Assembly (NCBI GenBank): GCA_947258655.1
Contig: CAMYJD010000018.1
Coordinates: forward strand, 3,294 to 67,293
From: an uncultured Gammaproteobacteria bacterium
Lineage (GTDB): Bacteria > Pseudomonadota > Gammaproteobacteria > JAADHQ01
Direction: 5' to 3'
DNA length: 64,000 nt
Position 1 is the first letter of the stretch; every line of letters starts with the position of its first letter. A program made the translations under genes and the position numbers. Positions 39,941 through 49,819 of the stretch are shown here, one piece after another. A model generated the notes under the pieces. It was not told the origin of the DNA. It ran no database searches and worked only from the letters and a program-made list of their open reading frames with translations.

Positions 39941-41707
39941 ATGGGCCGAATTCCGCAATCATTTATCGATGAGCTGTTAAACCGTATCGATATCGTCGAC
40001 GTCATCGATGCACGTGTACCGCTGAAAAAGGCCGGCAGCAACTACAAGGCCTGCTGCCCGTTTCATACCGAAAAAACCCCGTCTTTCACGGTCAGCCAGA
40101 CCAAACAGTTCTATCATTGCTTTGGCTGTGGCGCGCACGGTACTGCGATCAGTTTCCTGATGGAATACGAGCATCTGGATTTTGTCGATGCGATCGAGGA
40201 CCTGGCGCAACAGGCCGGACTCGAAGTCGAGCGCGAACAGGGCAGTGGCCGCCCGCCCCAGCGCGACGACAACCTCTATGACATCATGCAGCAGGCCGGC
40301 GCCTGGTATAAACAACAGCTACGCTCGCACCCGCAGGCGGAACGGGCCGTGCAATACCTGAAACAACGCGGCATGAGTGGTGAAATTGCCGCCGAATTTG
40401 GCGTCGGCTATGCACCGCCGGGCTGGGACAACCTGATCAAGGCACTGGGCACGGACGAAGCATCGCGCCGGCAACTGGCCCGTGCCGGCATGACGATAGA
40501 ACACGATAACAAGGGGCCCTATGATCGCTTTCGCGACCGCATCATGATCCCGATTACAGACCGGCGCGGGCGCATTATCGCCTTTGGCGGGCGCATCCTG
40601 TCGACTCAGGATGAACAAGGGCCCAAATACCTGAACTCGCCCGAGACCCCCATCTTCCACAAGGGCCGCGAACTGTACGGACTGTACGAGGCGCGCAAGG
40701 CGATCAGGAACCCGCAAAAGCTGATGGTTGTCGAAGGCTATATGGATGTCCTGGCGCTGGCGCAATACGGTATCCGTTATGCGGTCGCGACACTGGGTAC
40801 GGCGACGACGAAAGAGCACCTGGAGACCTTGTTCCGCGTCGCGCCACGGCTCATATTCTGTTTTGACGGTGACCGCGCCGGGCGCGAGGCCGCCTGGCGC
40901 GCACTGGAAAACGCCCTGCCGGTCATGCACGAGGGCCGCGAGGCCGCTTTCCTGTTCCTGCCGGAAGGCGAGGACCCGGATAGCCTGGTCAGAGACGAGG
41001 GCCGCGAGGCCTTCGAGCAACGCGTCGATCAAGCCATGCCGCTATCACGCTTTCTGCTCGAACATATGGCCCAGCAGGTTGACCTGACGACGAAGGATGG
41101 CTGCTCAAGAATGGTTGCGCTGGCAAAACCCCACCTGAACAAAGTGCCGGACAAGGTCTTCCGGCACATGTTGTTCGATCAACTGGCGCACATGGTGAAC
41201 ATGAAAACCGAGCAACTCGAGCGCCTGGCCGACCATCAACCCGCTGCCGAGCAGCGCACACCCCGGGCGGGCGCCCCCGCCAGGGCTGGCAAGAACACCC
41301 CGATACGCCAGGCCATCAATCTGATCCTGCAGAAGCCGCAATTGGCCGTGAATAGCCCGCCCTGCGAGTTCCTGCAGCAACTGGATCTGCCCGGCGCGCA
41401 ACTGTTGCATGATTTGCTTGAAATCGTCCGCAACGACCCCCACCTAAATACTGCAGCCCTGCTGGAACGATGGCGCGACAAACCGGAGCATATTCACCTG
41501 TCGAGGTTGGCCGAAAACCAGCTTCCGGGCGACGATCAGGGCCTTGAAAGCGAGCTGCATGACATTATTCTGTACCTGAAACGGCAAATAAAGCTGCAAC
41601 GTTGGCATTTTTTGCAAGAAAAACTGACCCGTGAAGGACTGGATGATGCCGAACTTAATGAATGGAATCAACTGCTTAATGAAAATAGCATGTTTCAGGA
41701 CAAATAA
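39941..41707 (+). CDS. dnaG: DNA primase DnaG
   Basis: Zn-ribbon 'CCPFHTEKTPSFTV...CFGCGAHG', TOPRIM 'EGYMDV', C-terminal DnaB-binding domain. Confidence 0.95.
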   Translation: MGRIPQSFIDELLNRIDIVDVIDARVPLKKAGSNYKACCPFHTEKTPSFTVSQTKQFYHCFGCGAHGTAISFLMEYEHLDFVDAIEDLAQQAGLEVEREQGSGRPPQRDDNLYDIMQQAGAWYKQQLRSHPQAERAVQYLKQRGMSGEIAAEFGVGYAPPGWDNLIKALGTDEASRRQLARAGMTIEHDNKGPYDRFRDRIMIPITDRRGRIIAFGGRILSTQDEQGPKYLNSPETPIFHKGRELYGLYEARKAIRNPQKLMVVEGYMDVLALAQYGIRYAVATLGTATTKEHLETLFRVAPRLIFCFDGDRAGREAAWRALENALPVMHEGREAAFLFLPEGEDPDSLVRDEGREAFEQRVDQAMPLSRFLLEHMAQQVDLTTKDGCSRMVALAKPHLNKVPDKVFRHMLFDQLAHMVNMKTEQLERLADHQPAAEQRTPRAGAPARAGKNTPIRQAINLILQKPQLAVNSPPCEFLQQLDLPGAQLLHDLLEIVRNDPHLNTAALLERWRDKPEHIHLSRLAENQLPGDDQGLESELHDIILYLKRQIKLQRWHFLQEKLTREGLDDAELNEWNQLLNENSMFQDK

Positions 41708-41812
41708 CTTTACCCTGGATATAAACAGCTACTTATATTAAACTGTTAGATTACTTTGTTTAATGGTGCAATTTGCCCCCCCAGTTTTGTGAAGTATTGA
41801 CTCGTGAGTGAT

Positions 41813-43669
41813 ATGAACCAGGAAAAAATCAACGAAAACGCCCAGGATAAGCAATCCAGGCTCAGGATGCTGATTGCCAAGGGCAAGGAAAAAGGCTTTC
41901 TGACCTACCGGGAGGTCAATGACCACCTGCCCAATGAAATTGTGGATCCCGACCAGATCGAGGAAATCATCAGTGTTATCACTGAAATGGGCATTTCCGT
42001 ACACGAGACTGCCCCCGATGCAGACACGCTGCTGTTGCAGCAGGGCAAGGAAACCGACGAGGATGCGGCCGAAGAAGCCGCCGCAGCACTGGCCTCGGTT
42101 GAAGGCGACTTTGGCCGCACCACCGATCCTGTGCGTATGTATATGCGCGAAATGGGTACCGTCGAACTGTTGACCCGCGAAGGTGAAATCAAGATCGCCA
42201 AGCGTATTGAAGCCGGGCAGAAGCAGGTTCTGGAGGCACTGGCCAGCTACCCGTCAACCGTCGCCCACATCTTCTCTGTCTACGACAACATTATCGAGGA
42301 AGAAGGCCGCATCACCGACCTGATTACCGGCTTTGTCGATCCTGACGAGGATGACAGCTTTCCCCCGCCTGCTGCGCCCCCGGCTGCGGATAGCGATAGC
42401 ACAGAAGTCGCCGCTGACAGCGATGACGATGACGACGCAGAAGTCGTCGATACCGGCCCCGATCCGGAAGAGGTGGCTGCGCACATTGCAGACCTGAGAA
42501 AGCTGTATAACAAATACCAGACCCTGGCAAAGAAACACGGCTCTGCTGACGAACGCGCACTGAAACAGTATGCCAAGGCCATTGAAGTGTTTATGCAGTT
42601 CAAGCTGGCACCGAAAATTATCGAAAAATTGCTGAGTGACCTGCGTAGCATGGTCACACGTATCCGCAGACACGAACGTGTCATCATGGATATCTGCGTA
42701 CAGAAGGCACATATGCCGCGCAAGGAATTCATCACCACGTTCCCGGATAATGAAACCGACATGAACTGGCTCGACCAGCAGATCCAGTCCGGACAGAAAT
42801 ACTCGACGGTACTGGAAGAATATGCCGACGAGATTCGTATTGCGCAGAAGAAACTGCTGAAAATACAGGACGAGACCGGTCTCAGCATCAAGGAGATCAA
42901 GGATATCAATCGTCGCATGTCGATCGGTGAAGCCAAATCACGCCGGGCGAAAAAAGAGATGGTCGAGGCCAACCTGCGCCTGGTGATCTCGATTGCGAAA
43001 AAATATACCAACCGCGGCCTGCAGTTCCTCGACCTGATCCAGGAAGGCAATATCGGCCTGATGAAGGCGGTCGATAAATTCGAATACCGTCGTGGTTACA
43101 AGTTCTCGACCTATGCGACCTGGTGGATTCGCCAGGCCATCACGCGTTCGATCGCGGACCAGGCACGCACGATCCGTATCCCGGTGCATATGATCGAGAC
43201 CATCAACAAGCTCAATCGTATCGCGCGCCAGATGCTGCAGGAAATGGGCCGCGAACCCACACCGGAAGAACTGGCCGAACGCATGGAAATGCCGGAAGAC
43301 AAGATCCGCAAGGTGCTGAAGATCGCCAAGGAGCCGATCTCGATGGAAACCCCGATCGGCGACGACGAAGATTCGCATCTGGGAGACTTTATCGAAGACC
43401 TGAATGTGATGTCGCCATCCGACTCCGCCAACTCGGAAGGCCTGCGCGAAGCCACACATTATGTCCTGACCGGCCTGACCCCGCGTGAAGCCAAGGTCCT
43501 GCGTATGCGTTTCGGCATCGACATGAATACCGACCACACTCTCGAGGAAGTCGGCAAACAGTTCGATGTGACCCGTGAACGTATCCGCCAGATCGAAGCC
43601 AAGGCCCTGCGCAAGCTGCGTCATCCGTCGCGGTCCGAGGCGCTTCGAAGCTTCCTGGATCTGGAATAA
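41813..43669 (+). CDS. rpoD: RNA polymerase sigma-70 RpoD
   Basis: Regions 1.1 to 4.2 are conserved with an acidic spacer. An alternative GTG start lies at 41804. Confidence 0.9.
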   Translation: MNQEKINENAQDKQSRLRMLIAKGKEKGFLTYREVNDHLPNEIVDPDQIEEIISVITEMGISVHETAPDADTLLLQQGKETDEDAAEEAAAALASVEGDFGRTTDPVRMYMREMGTVELLTREGEIKIAKRIEAGQKQVLEALASYPSTVAHIFSVYDNIIEEEGRITDLITGFVDPDEDDSFPPPAAPPAADSDSTEVAADSDDDDDAEVVDTGPDPEEVAAHIADLRKLYNKYQTLAKKHGSADERALKQYAKAIEVFMQFKLAPKIIEKLLSDLRSMVTRIRRHERVIMDICVQKAHMPRKEFITTFPDNETDMNWLDQQIQSGQKYSTVLEEYADEIRIAQKKLLKIQDETGLSIKEIKDINRRMSIGEAKSRRAKKEMVEANLRLVISIAKKYTNRGLQFLDLIQEGNIGLMKAVDKFEYRRGYKFSTYATWWIRQAITRSIADQARTIRIPVHMIETINKLNRIARQMLQEMGREPTPEELAERMEMPEDKIRKVLKIAKEPISMETPIGDDEDSHLGDFIEDLNVMSPSDSANSEGLREATHYVLTGLTPREAKVLRMRFGIDMNTDHTLEEVGKQFDVTRERIRQIEAKALRKLRHPSRSEALRSFLDLE

Positions 43670-43696
43670 GCCTAGCAAAATAAGCTGTAGTTTAAA

Positions 43697-43721
43697 GGGG
43701 TGCTCCAGGCACCCCTTTTTA
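43697..43721 (+). terminator. rho-independent terminator after rpoD
   Basis: ggggtgctccaggcacccc followed by TTTTTAT. Confidence 0.75.
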
Positions 43722-43740
43722 TTGACAGTGTCTAGTTGCC

Positions 43741-43830
43741 GGTCACCAGTAGCCAGGAATTACCACAATACTACTCTTCTCCACCCTCGCCACTAGCAAC
43801 TCGATCCTCGCTACTGGACGAAAATATCAT
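43741..43830. repeat. REP-like element of the 'GCTAGTGGCGAG' family
   Basis: 'ccctcgccactagcaactcgatcctcgctactgg'. Confidence 0.45.
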
Positions 43831-43901
43831 TCCACTTATACATAAAACATCAATCTAAACTATCGAAAAAGCTAATTCTTGTGTAAAATGCGAGTCCATT
43901 A

Positions 43902-44237
43902 GGGCCTGTAGCTCAGTTGGTTAGAGCAGTGGACTCATCAAAAAGGTGCGTTCATACCGAAAGGTATGAAATGAACGGGATGAATTCAGGGAAACCTTAA
44001 CAGCCACAATTCTGTGGGCTGATGGCAATCCTGAGCCAAGCCGGAAGTACACTTCCGGAAGGTGCAGAGACTACCTGGGGACTGGTGTAAACCGAGCGTC
44101 CTTAATCACAGGCAAGAGCGTCCCGCGTCCTAACAAGCTTAATCGCGTTGAGGATGATGAGATAGTCCGCTCCTGATAGAAATATCCGGAACAAGTGAAT
44201 CCATTGGTCGAAGGTTCAAGTCCTTCCGGGCCCACCA
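43902..44237 (+). tRNA. tRNA(CAU), most similar to tRNA-Ile2 (lysidine), interrupted by a 259-nt group I intron at 43939-44197
   Basis: The exons 43902-43938 and 44198-44237 assemble to GGGCCTGTAGCTCAGTTGGTTAGAGCAGTGGACTCAT|AATCCATTGGTCGAAGGTTCAAGTCCTTCCGGGCCCACCA. The intron lies after a U, ends in G, and has a GTG IGS. Confidence 0.85.
43939..44197 (+). ncRNA. group I (Azoarcus/IC3-like) self-splicing intron within the tRNA(CAU) anticodon loop
   Basis: P2 'ttcatacc-GAAA-ggtatgaa'. 'GGGATGAATTCAGGGAAACCTTAA' and 'GGTGCAGAGACTAC' match Azoarcus pre-tRNA-Ile intron core elements. Confidence 0.8.
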
Positions 44238-44475
44238 TTCATTCTCATTCATGCTAAGTGTGCATGAAAGCATAGTTTGTTCAAAACGGCCAATTTATAG
44301 TTTTATGAAGGCATGAGTTCGCCGCGCTTCATAAATACAATATTCCGCTTACACCCTGCTACAGGCCGTTCAGACTTTTTGGTTATTCGTCAGAGAACGG
44401 CCAGAAGCAGCCGTTCCTTCCGACCGTCATCCCCGAATGACTTTGTCGGGGATCCATTCAAATATTAAAATTTCA

Positions 44476-44499
44476 TAGTTTTTACTCTGACCCCAATTA
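44476..44499. repeat. solo half-site of the MITE-like element
   Basis: 'atagtttttactctgaccccaattact' is the right arm only. Confidence 0.55.
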
Positions 44500-44506
44500 C
44501 TCATAC

Positions 44507-45133
44507 TTAGCCGATACTCAACAGCATAAAGAGCCCACCTGACAGGATTGCCAGCGAACTTCCCAGCCGGGTCATGGTCGCCTGCAATGCGAAAGCACGG
44601 ATAACTGCGCCGATGATCAAATATTGAATAACAGAGAAGCCGATCAGGTAGGCCAGTAACGGGCCGGTTTCAGCGCCGACGATGGCTTCACCATAGGCAT
44701 AACCGTGGAATACACCGGATACGGCAAATACAGCACCGAGAAATACCGCGCCCAGGCTTTTTCTGGTCACAGCGATGATACCCGCGCCCAGCACTGACAA
44801 CGCGACCAGCGTTTCGGCAAACGGAATATTGCCATCAGCCAGATGAAAGACCGTGCCTCCAAGCGTGGCGGCGACGAACAACAGCGGCACGACATAGCGC
44901 GCCACCCCACTCAGGGTAAAGGCCAGTACTGCCGCTATCAGCAAGAATATAAAATGATCGAGGCCGATGACCGGATGCGCAATCCCGGAGATAAAGCCCT
45001 GGGCAAAGGTCACCGGCGTCTGCCCATCCATTGCATGATGCGCATTGGCCTCTGTTGCCATGAATAACATCATGGCTGCACCCATGCCCATATGACGGAG
45101 ATTAGAAGTATTTATATTAGTTAATGTGCTCAT
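44507..45133 (-). CDS. HupE/UreJ family Ni/Co transporter
   Basis: Signal peptide plus 'HPVIGLDHF' signature. Confidence 0.75.
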   Translation of the reverse strand: MSTLTNINTSNLRHMGMGAAMMLFMATEANAHHAMDGQTPVTFAQGFISGIAHPVIGLDHFIFLLIAAVLAFTLSGVARYVVPLLFVAATLGGTVFHLADGNIPFAETLVALSVLGAGIIAVTRKSLGAVFLGAVFAVSGVFHGYAYGEAIVGAETGPLLAYLIGFSVIQYLIIGAVIRAFALQATMTRLGSSLAILSGGLFMLLSIG

Positions 45134-45197
45134 TTGCTCACCCCTCAGTTATCTGCCATAAAAATTAATAAATCTATATAAATAATCACTAACATCG

Positions 45198-46238
45198 TTA
45201 TGCAGGTACAACAGCATATTGCTGAACCTGCCCTTGTTTATTGCCGGCAATCAGAATCTGATCGTCAGGTGACCATAGCAGGCGCGTAATCTCGGCATCA
45301 CCGGGCCATTTGCATACCGGTTCGAGGCCGTTCTTCAATTGCCAGATCAGGATGTCGCCATCCTGGGCAGCACTGGCCAGGTACGCTCCTTTATGCTGGT
45401 AACTCAATTGCGTTATGCGCTGACGATGACCCTTTAATACTTTCGGCGCTGTACCCGTCGGCCCCTTGCCCTTATTGCTCCACACAACGACTGTATTGCC
45501 GCCAGCGGTTGCAAGGTAATTGCCCTTGCTGTTCCAGCTGATATTGCTGACCTTTTCCGGATAACCTTTCATTTCGGCATGCCCACCTTTGTTCGCTGAC
45601 AGGCGCCAGAACTGCAACATTCTGTCCTGTGAACCGGCGCATATGCACTCACCATCCGGGCTCCATTCCAATGCAATCAGTGAACCCAGACAATGCAGAG
45701 TCTTGTAGGGCTTTGCACCTTGCATACGAAACAGGCGCACACCCTTGTAACAGGCAGTGGCGATTTCACGACTGTTAAATTTCCATTTGATCGCCGTGAT
45801 CGTACTGGGATGATCCTCGCTACGCAGTATTTCACTGCCTTGCTGATCCCAGACGATCAATGTTTTACCGCTGGCCGCCGCTAGCTTGTCAGCATCAGGC
45901 GACCAGGCAATGTGATCGACCCATATATCACTGACAGTACGCGAGCTCTGTAACTCTCCACTCGCAGGGTCCCAGAGCTTTATCAGCCCGTCCTGGCCTG
46001 CGCTTGCAATGACACCGCCATCCGCTCGCCACTCCACTTGTAGTACACCCGACACATGCGCGATGACAGACCAGATCATGACGCCGGCCTGGACATCAAA
46101 CACGCTTATCATGCCAGCCGCATCGGAAACCGCGACCTTGCCAGAATCAGGCGACCAGCTCAGGTCAGTCACGCAGTCGCCAACATTCCACTGCTGAACG
46201 GCATCATTTACTGTCGATTGTTGGACTAGACCAGACAT
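45198..46238 (-). CDS. WD40-repeat (beta-propeller) protein
   Basis: About 7 repeats with a 'xxSPDG...WD' pattern. Confidence 0.6.
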   Translation of the reverse strand: MSGLVQQSTVNDAVQQWNVGDCVTDLSWSPDSGKVAVSDAAGMISVFDVQAGVMIWSVIAHVSGVLQVEWRADGGVIASAGQDGLIKLWDPASGELQSSRTVSDIWVDHIAWSPDADKLAAASGKTLIVWDQQGSEILRSEDHPSTITAIKWKFNSREIATACYKGVRLFRMQGAKPYKTLHCLGSLIALEWSPDGECICAGSQDRMLQFWRLSANKGGHAEMKGYPEKVSNISWNSKGNYLATAGGNTVVVWSNKGKGPTGTAPKVLKGHRQRITQLSYQHKGAYLASAAQDGDILIWQLKNGLEPVCKWPGDAEITRLLWSPDDQILIAGNKQGQVQQYAVVPA

Positions 46239-47611
46239 GCGTTAAATTCGCGCTCCAGTGACTCCCGATCCAGGTCCCGGCCAATAAATACCAGCTGGTT
46301 TATCCGTGCATCATCGCCCCAGGGGCGATCAGGCTCGCCATCGAACAGCATATGCACACCCTGAAAGATGAAGCGCCTGTCCTCACCCTGCAGGCTGACA
46401 ACGCCCTTCATACGGAATATATCCACGCCCTTGTTGCGTAATAACGTGGTAATCCAGTTTTCAAACAGGCCGGGGTCCAGATCACCACGGGCACTGATAC
46501 CGACTGAGGACACGCTGTCATCATGTTCATGCGGGGCCGCGTACTCCTGCGCTTTTTGCGCTTCATATACTGTCTCACCCGACTCCAGTGTCATCGTGAA
46601 CTCTTCCGGCAAATGCTGGGTAAACAGCGCATAATAGCCGCTGGCGGGTATTTGTATTTCGAAATCATTGTGTGCCTGACCAAGCTGTAACGCATACAGG
46701 TTTTGCGCAGGTATCAGACTACCACCAGGCATTACCGCAGCAGGCTCATCCGAAAACAATAGCATCCCCTGTTGCTTGGCCTTGTTGAAGTCGCTGTCTG
46801 CATCGCAACACAAGGGCAGGAGCACAACATTCATGGATGGATCGGGCCCTTGCAGACAACGCAGCATGTAGGAACCCGCATCCAGATGATACAGGCCACC
46901 CCATTCATACGGGAGTTCTTCCTGGAGAAAATCAGGATCGATATCGAGTTTGCCATCCAGGTCAAACGCATGCACATTTAGCACTTTATCCATATCAACG
47001 GCTGCCTGCGTCGTCCGGTGGATCCTGGCCACGGAATTCATCGAACTGATCTTTTCTTCCAACGCAGACAGCTCCGCGGCAGAAACCAGGTCGGTCTTGT
47101 TGAGCAGGATGACATCGGCAAATGCGATCTGTTCCTGACATTCATTACTGCTATCGATGTGGTTACTGACATGGCCGGCATCCACCAACGTTACGATAGC
47201 ATCCAGGCGCAGCTTGTCCTTGATCTCGTCGTCCATAAAGAATGTCTGCGCCACCGGGCCCGGGTCGGCCAGGCCTGTGGTCTCAATCATGATGTGATCG
47301 AAGGAGTCCCGACGTGCCATCAATCGGCCGAGTATACGAATCAGGTCTCCACGCACCGTGCAACAGATACAGCCGTTGTTCATTTCGAAAATTTCCTCGT
47401 TACTCTGGATCACGAGTTCATTATCGATGCCGATTTCGCCGTATTCGTTTTCTATGACAGCAATGCGCTTGCCATGCTCTTCGGTCAGAATGCGATTTAA
47501 TAGCGTTGTTTTGCCTGAACCGAGGAACCCGGTCAGCACCGTGACGGGCACTCTGTCATCAGCTAAATCAACGGCAACATCTTCTTTGACGGCGCTCATA
47601 CTTGTTACCAT
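46226..47611 (-). CDS. COG0523 (CobW/ZigA-like) metallochaperone GTPase with extended C-terminal domain
   Basis: P-loop 'GFLGSGKTT', CxCC motif 'GCICCTV', CobW C-terminal domain. Confidence 0.75.
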   Translation of the reverse strand: MVTSMSAVKEDVAVDLADDRVPVTVLTGFLGSGKTTLLNRILTEEHGKRIAVIENEYGEIGIDNELVIQSNEEIFEMNNGCICCTVRGDLIRILGRLMARRDSFDHIMIETTGLADPGPVAQTFFMDDEIKDKLRLDAIVTLVDAGHVSNHIDSSNECQEQIAFADVILLNKTDLVSAAELSALEEKISSMNSVARIHRTTQAAVDMDKVLNVHAFDLDGKLDIDPDFLQEELPYEWGGLYHLDAGSYMLRCLQGPDPSMNVVLLPLCCDADSDFNKAKQQGMLLFSDEPAAVMPGGSLIPAQNLYALQLGQAHNDFEIQIPASGYYALFTQHLPEEFTMTLESGETVYEAQKAQEYAAPHEHDDSVSSVGISARGDLDPGLFENWITTLLRNKGVDIFRMKGVVSLQGEDRRFIFQGVHMLFDGEPDRPWGDDARINQLVFIGRDLDRESLEREFNACLV

Positions 47612-48045
47612 GAACGGTATGGCAGGAATTTACCATTCATCGTGACGACGACGCGGTCACCTGCAGGATTCTCTTCCTTGTCTATGGTCATATTGAAGTC
47701 AATTGCACTCATGATACCGTCACCAAACTTCTCATGAATAATTTCCTTGATCGTATCGCCATAGACACCCACGATTTCGTACAGGCGGTAGACGACCGGA
47801 TCGGTGGGCACCAGCTTGTCCCAGTGCTTATGTGGAAATTCCTGCAATGTCGCGCAGACATCGTCGCCCAGACCCAGTGCAGCACAACATTTCTCCGCCT
47901 GCTCCTTGGTCATACTATTCATGCCGAAACAGGCGGAGGTCACCCAGACAACGCCCATACCCATAGCATCAGCAATATCCTCCCAGGTTTTACCCTGTTC
48001 TTTTTTTGCCAGTACGATTGCATCGGTCATTTGCTCTTTGTTCAT
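47605..48045 (-). CDS. cynS: cyanate hydratase (cyanase) CynS
   Basis: C-terminal catalytic domain '[39 protein letters not shown]' closely matches E. coli CynS. Confidence 0.9.
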   Translation of the reverse strand: MNKEQMTDAIVLAKKEQGKTWEDIADAMGMGVVWVTSACFGMNSMTKEQAEKCCAALGLGDDVCATLQEFPHKHWDKLVPTDPVVYRLYEIVGVYGDTIKEIIHEKFGDGIMSAIDFNMTIDKEENPAGDRVVVTMNGKFLPYRSW

Positions 48046-48053
48046 AACTTCTC

Positions 48054-48977
48054 CTACGCTTTATGTTTCTCTAGTTTTATTACCTGCTCATCACCTTCAA
48101 CCATATCGGTGGCAGGATTAACATCGGGTGGATACACCCGCTTCATGGATTCGCGTTGCTCTTGCCCGGCCCTGAGTTCCGGATTCGACAACTCTTTGGA
48201 ACGCTTGACCAGAAACTCCACCAGGTGATTACGAATAGGATAATAATTCGGGTGATGAATAATATCTGTACGTTCGCGGTGCCGTGGGATATCGACAACC
48301 ACGGATTCGGCTATCCGCGCGTATGGGCCATTGGTCATCAGCAGAATACGATCTGCCAGCAGAATGGCCTCATCGACGTCATGGGTAATCATGAATACCG
48401 TCTGATTGGTCTGCTCCCAGATTTTCATCAGCTCTTCCTGGATGATGCCGCGCGTGAGCGCATCCAGGGCTCCAAACGGCTCATCCATCAATAGCAACTT
48501 TGGCTCGATGGCAAAGGCACGCGCAATACTCACGCGCTGACGCATGCCACCCGATAATTGCGATGGCTTGCGATTTTCTGCACCGCCAAGGCCGACCATA
48601 TCGATATACTTCATGCTGTGTTCCAGCACCTGCTCCTTGCTCCATGATGGCCAACGGGCGCGCACCGCAAACGTGATGTTCCTCAGTGTGCTGATCCACG
48701 GTAATAAACTGTAATTCTGGAACACGACTCCGCGATCCAGACTGGGTCCGGCCACCTCGCGGCCATCCATCAGCACCGTGCCACTGCTGGCCTCATCCAG
48801 ACCGGCAAGGACATTGAGTATCGTGGACTTACCACAACCGGAATGCCCGATAATACAAATGAATTCGCCTTTATTGATACCAAAACTGGCGTTCTCAAAT
48901 ACCGTCAGGCTTTCCCCTCCTTTCGGGGCGGGAAAAGTCTTGCTCAAATCCTGGGCGTCTAAAAAGTAGTTTTCCAT
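48054..48977 (-). CDS. ABC transporter ATP-binding protein, nitrate/cyanate (NrtD/CynD) type
   Basis: Walker A 'GHSGCGKST', signature 'LSGGMRQRV', Walker B 'LLLMDEP'. Confidence 0.85.
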   Translation of the reverse strand: MENYFLDAQDLSKTFPAPKGGESLTVFENASFGINKGEFICIIGHSGCGKSTILNVLAGLDEASSGTVLMDGREVAGPSLDRGVVFQNYSLLPWISTLRNITFAVRARWPSWSKEQVLEHSMKYIDMVGLGGAENRKPSQLSGGMRQRVSIARAFAIEPKLLLMDEPFGALDALTRGIIQEELMKIWEQTNQTVFMITHDVDEAILLADRILLMTNGPYARIAESVVVDIPRHRERTDIIHHPNYYPIRNHLVEFLVKRSKELSNPELRAGQEQRESMKRVYPPDVNPATDMVEGDEQVIKLEKHKA

Positions 48978-48984
48978 ATGTCGT

Positions 48985-49815
48985 CTATTCCACGTACTGG
49001 ACCATTTTGGTTGCCTTGGCCAGCAGTAAGTCCAGTACCATACCGACGATACCGATCATCAGGATGGAGAAAATAACTGCTGTCAGATCGAGATTGTTCC
49101 ACTCATTCCAGACGTAATAACCAATACCTGTTCCTCCAACCAGCATTTCTGCCGCAACGATAACAAGCCAGGCAATACCGATAGATATACGCATACCAGT
49201 CAGAATAGTGGGGGCTGCGGCCGGAAGGATCACCATGACCGCCGTGCGTAACTTGCTCAGCTCATGTGTACGCGCAATATTGATCCAGTCTTTCTTGACC
49301 GAACCGACACCAAACGCGGTGTTGATCAACATCGGCCAGATTGAACAGATAAAGATTACAAATACCGAGGATACTTCGGAGTCCTTCAAGATGAACAAGG
49401 CCAACGGCATCCATGCAAGCGGAGATATGGGTTTCAACACCTGGATAAATGGATCCAGCGCCTTATGCATCAACGGCGACATACCGATCATAAAACCGAT
49501 CGGTATGGCAATCAAGGCAGCAAGGAAGTAACCCGACATGACCCGCTTGATAGAATACAGCAGCTGCAGGCCGATGCCCTTGTCATTGGGGCCCTTGTCA
49601 TAGAACGGATCGCTCAATTCCGCTAGCGCGAGCGTGCCGATCTCGGAAGGATTGGGAACCCGGGCATGCGGCGCCGAACCTCCCATCAGCATTTCATACT
49701 CGGTCTTGGCTTCCTTGACTTCCGGTGGCTGATTGGCGATTTCCCAGACACCCAGGGTTACGATCAATATAACCACCGACAACAGTGCCGCCCGCACATT
49801 CAAACTACTTAACAT
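48985..49815 (-). CDS. ABC transporter permease, NrtB/CynB type
   Basis: 6-TM binding-protein-dependent permease with EAA-like loop. Confidence 0.85.
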   Translation of the reverse strand: MLSSLNVRAALLSVVILIVTLGVWEIANQPPEVKEAKTEYEMLMGGSAPHARVPNPSEIGTLALAELSDPFYDKGPNDKGIGLQLLYSIKRVMSGYFLAALIAIPIGFMIGMSPLMHKALDPFIQVLKPISPLAWMPLALFILKDSEVSSVFVIFICSIWPMLINTAFGVGSVKKDWINIARTHELSKLRTAVMVILPAAAPTILTGMRISIGIAWLVIVAAEMLVGGTGIGYYVWNEWNNLDLTAVIFSILMIGIVGMVLDLLLAKATKMVQYVE

Positions 49816-49819
49816 CCTC

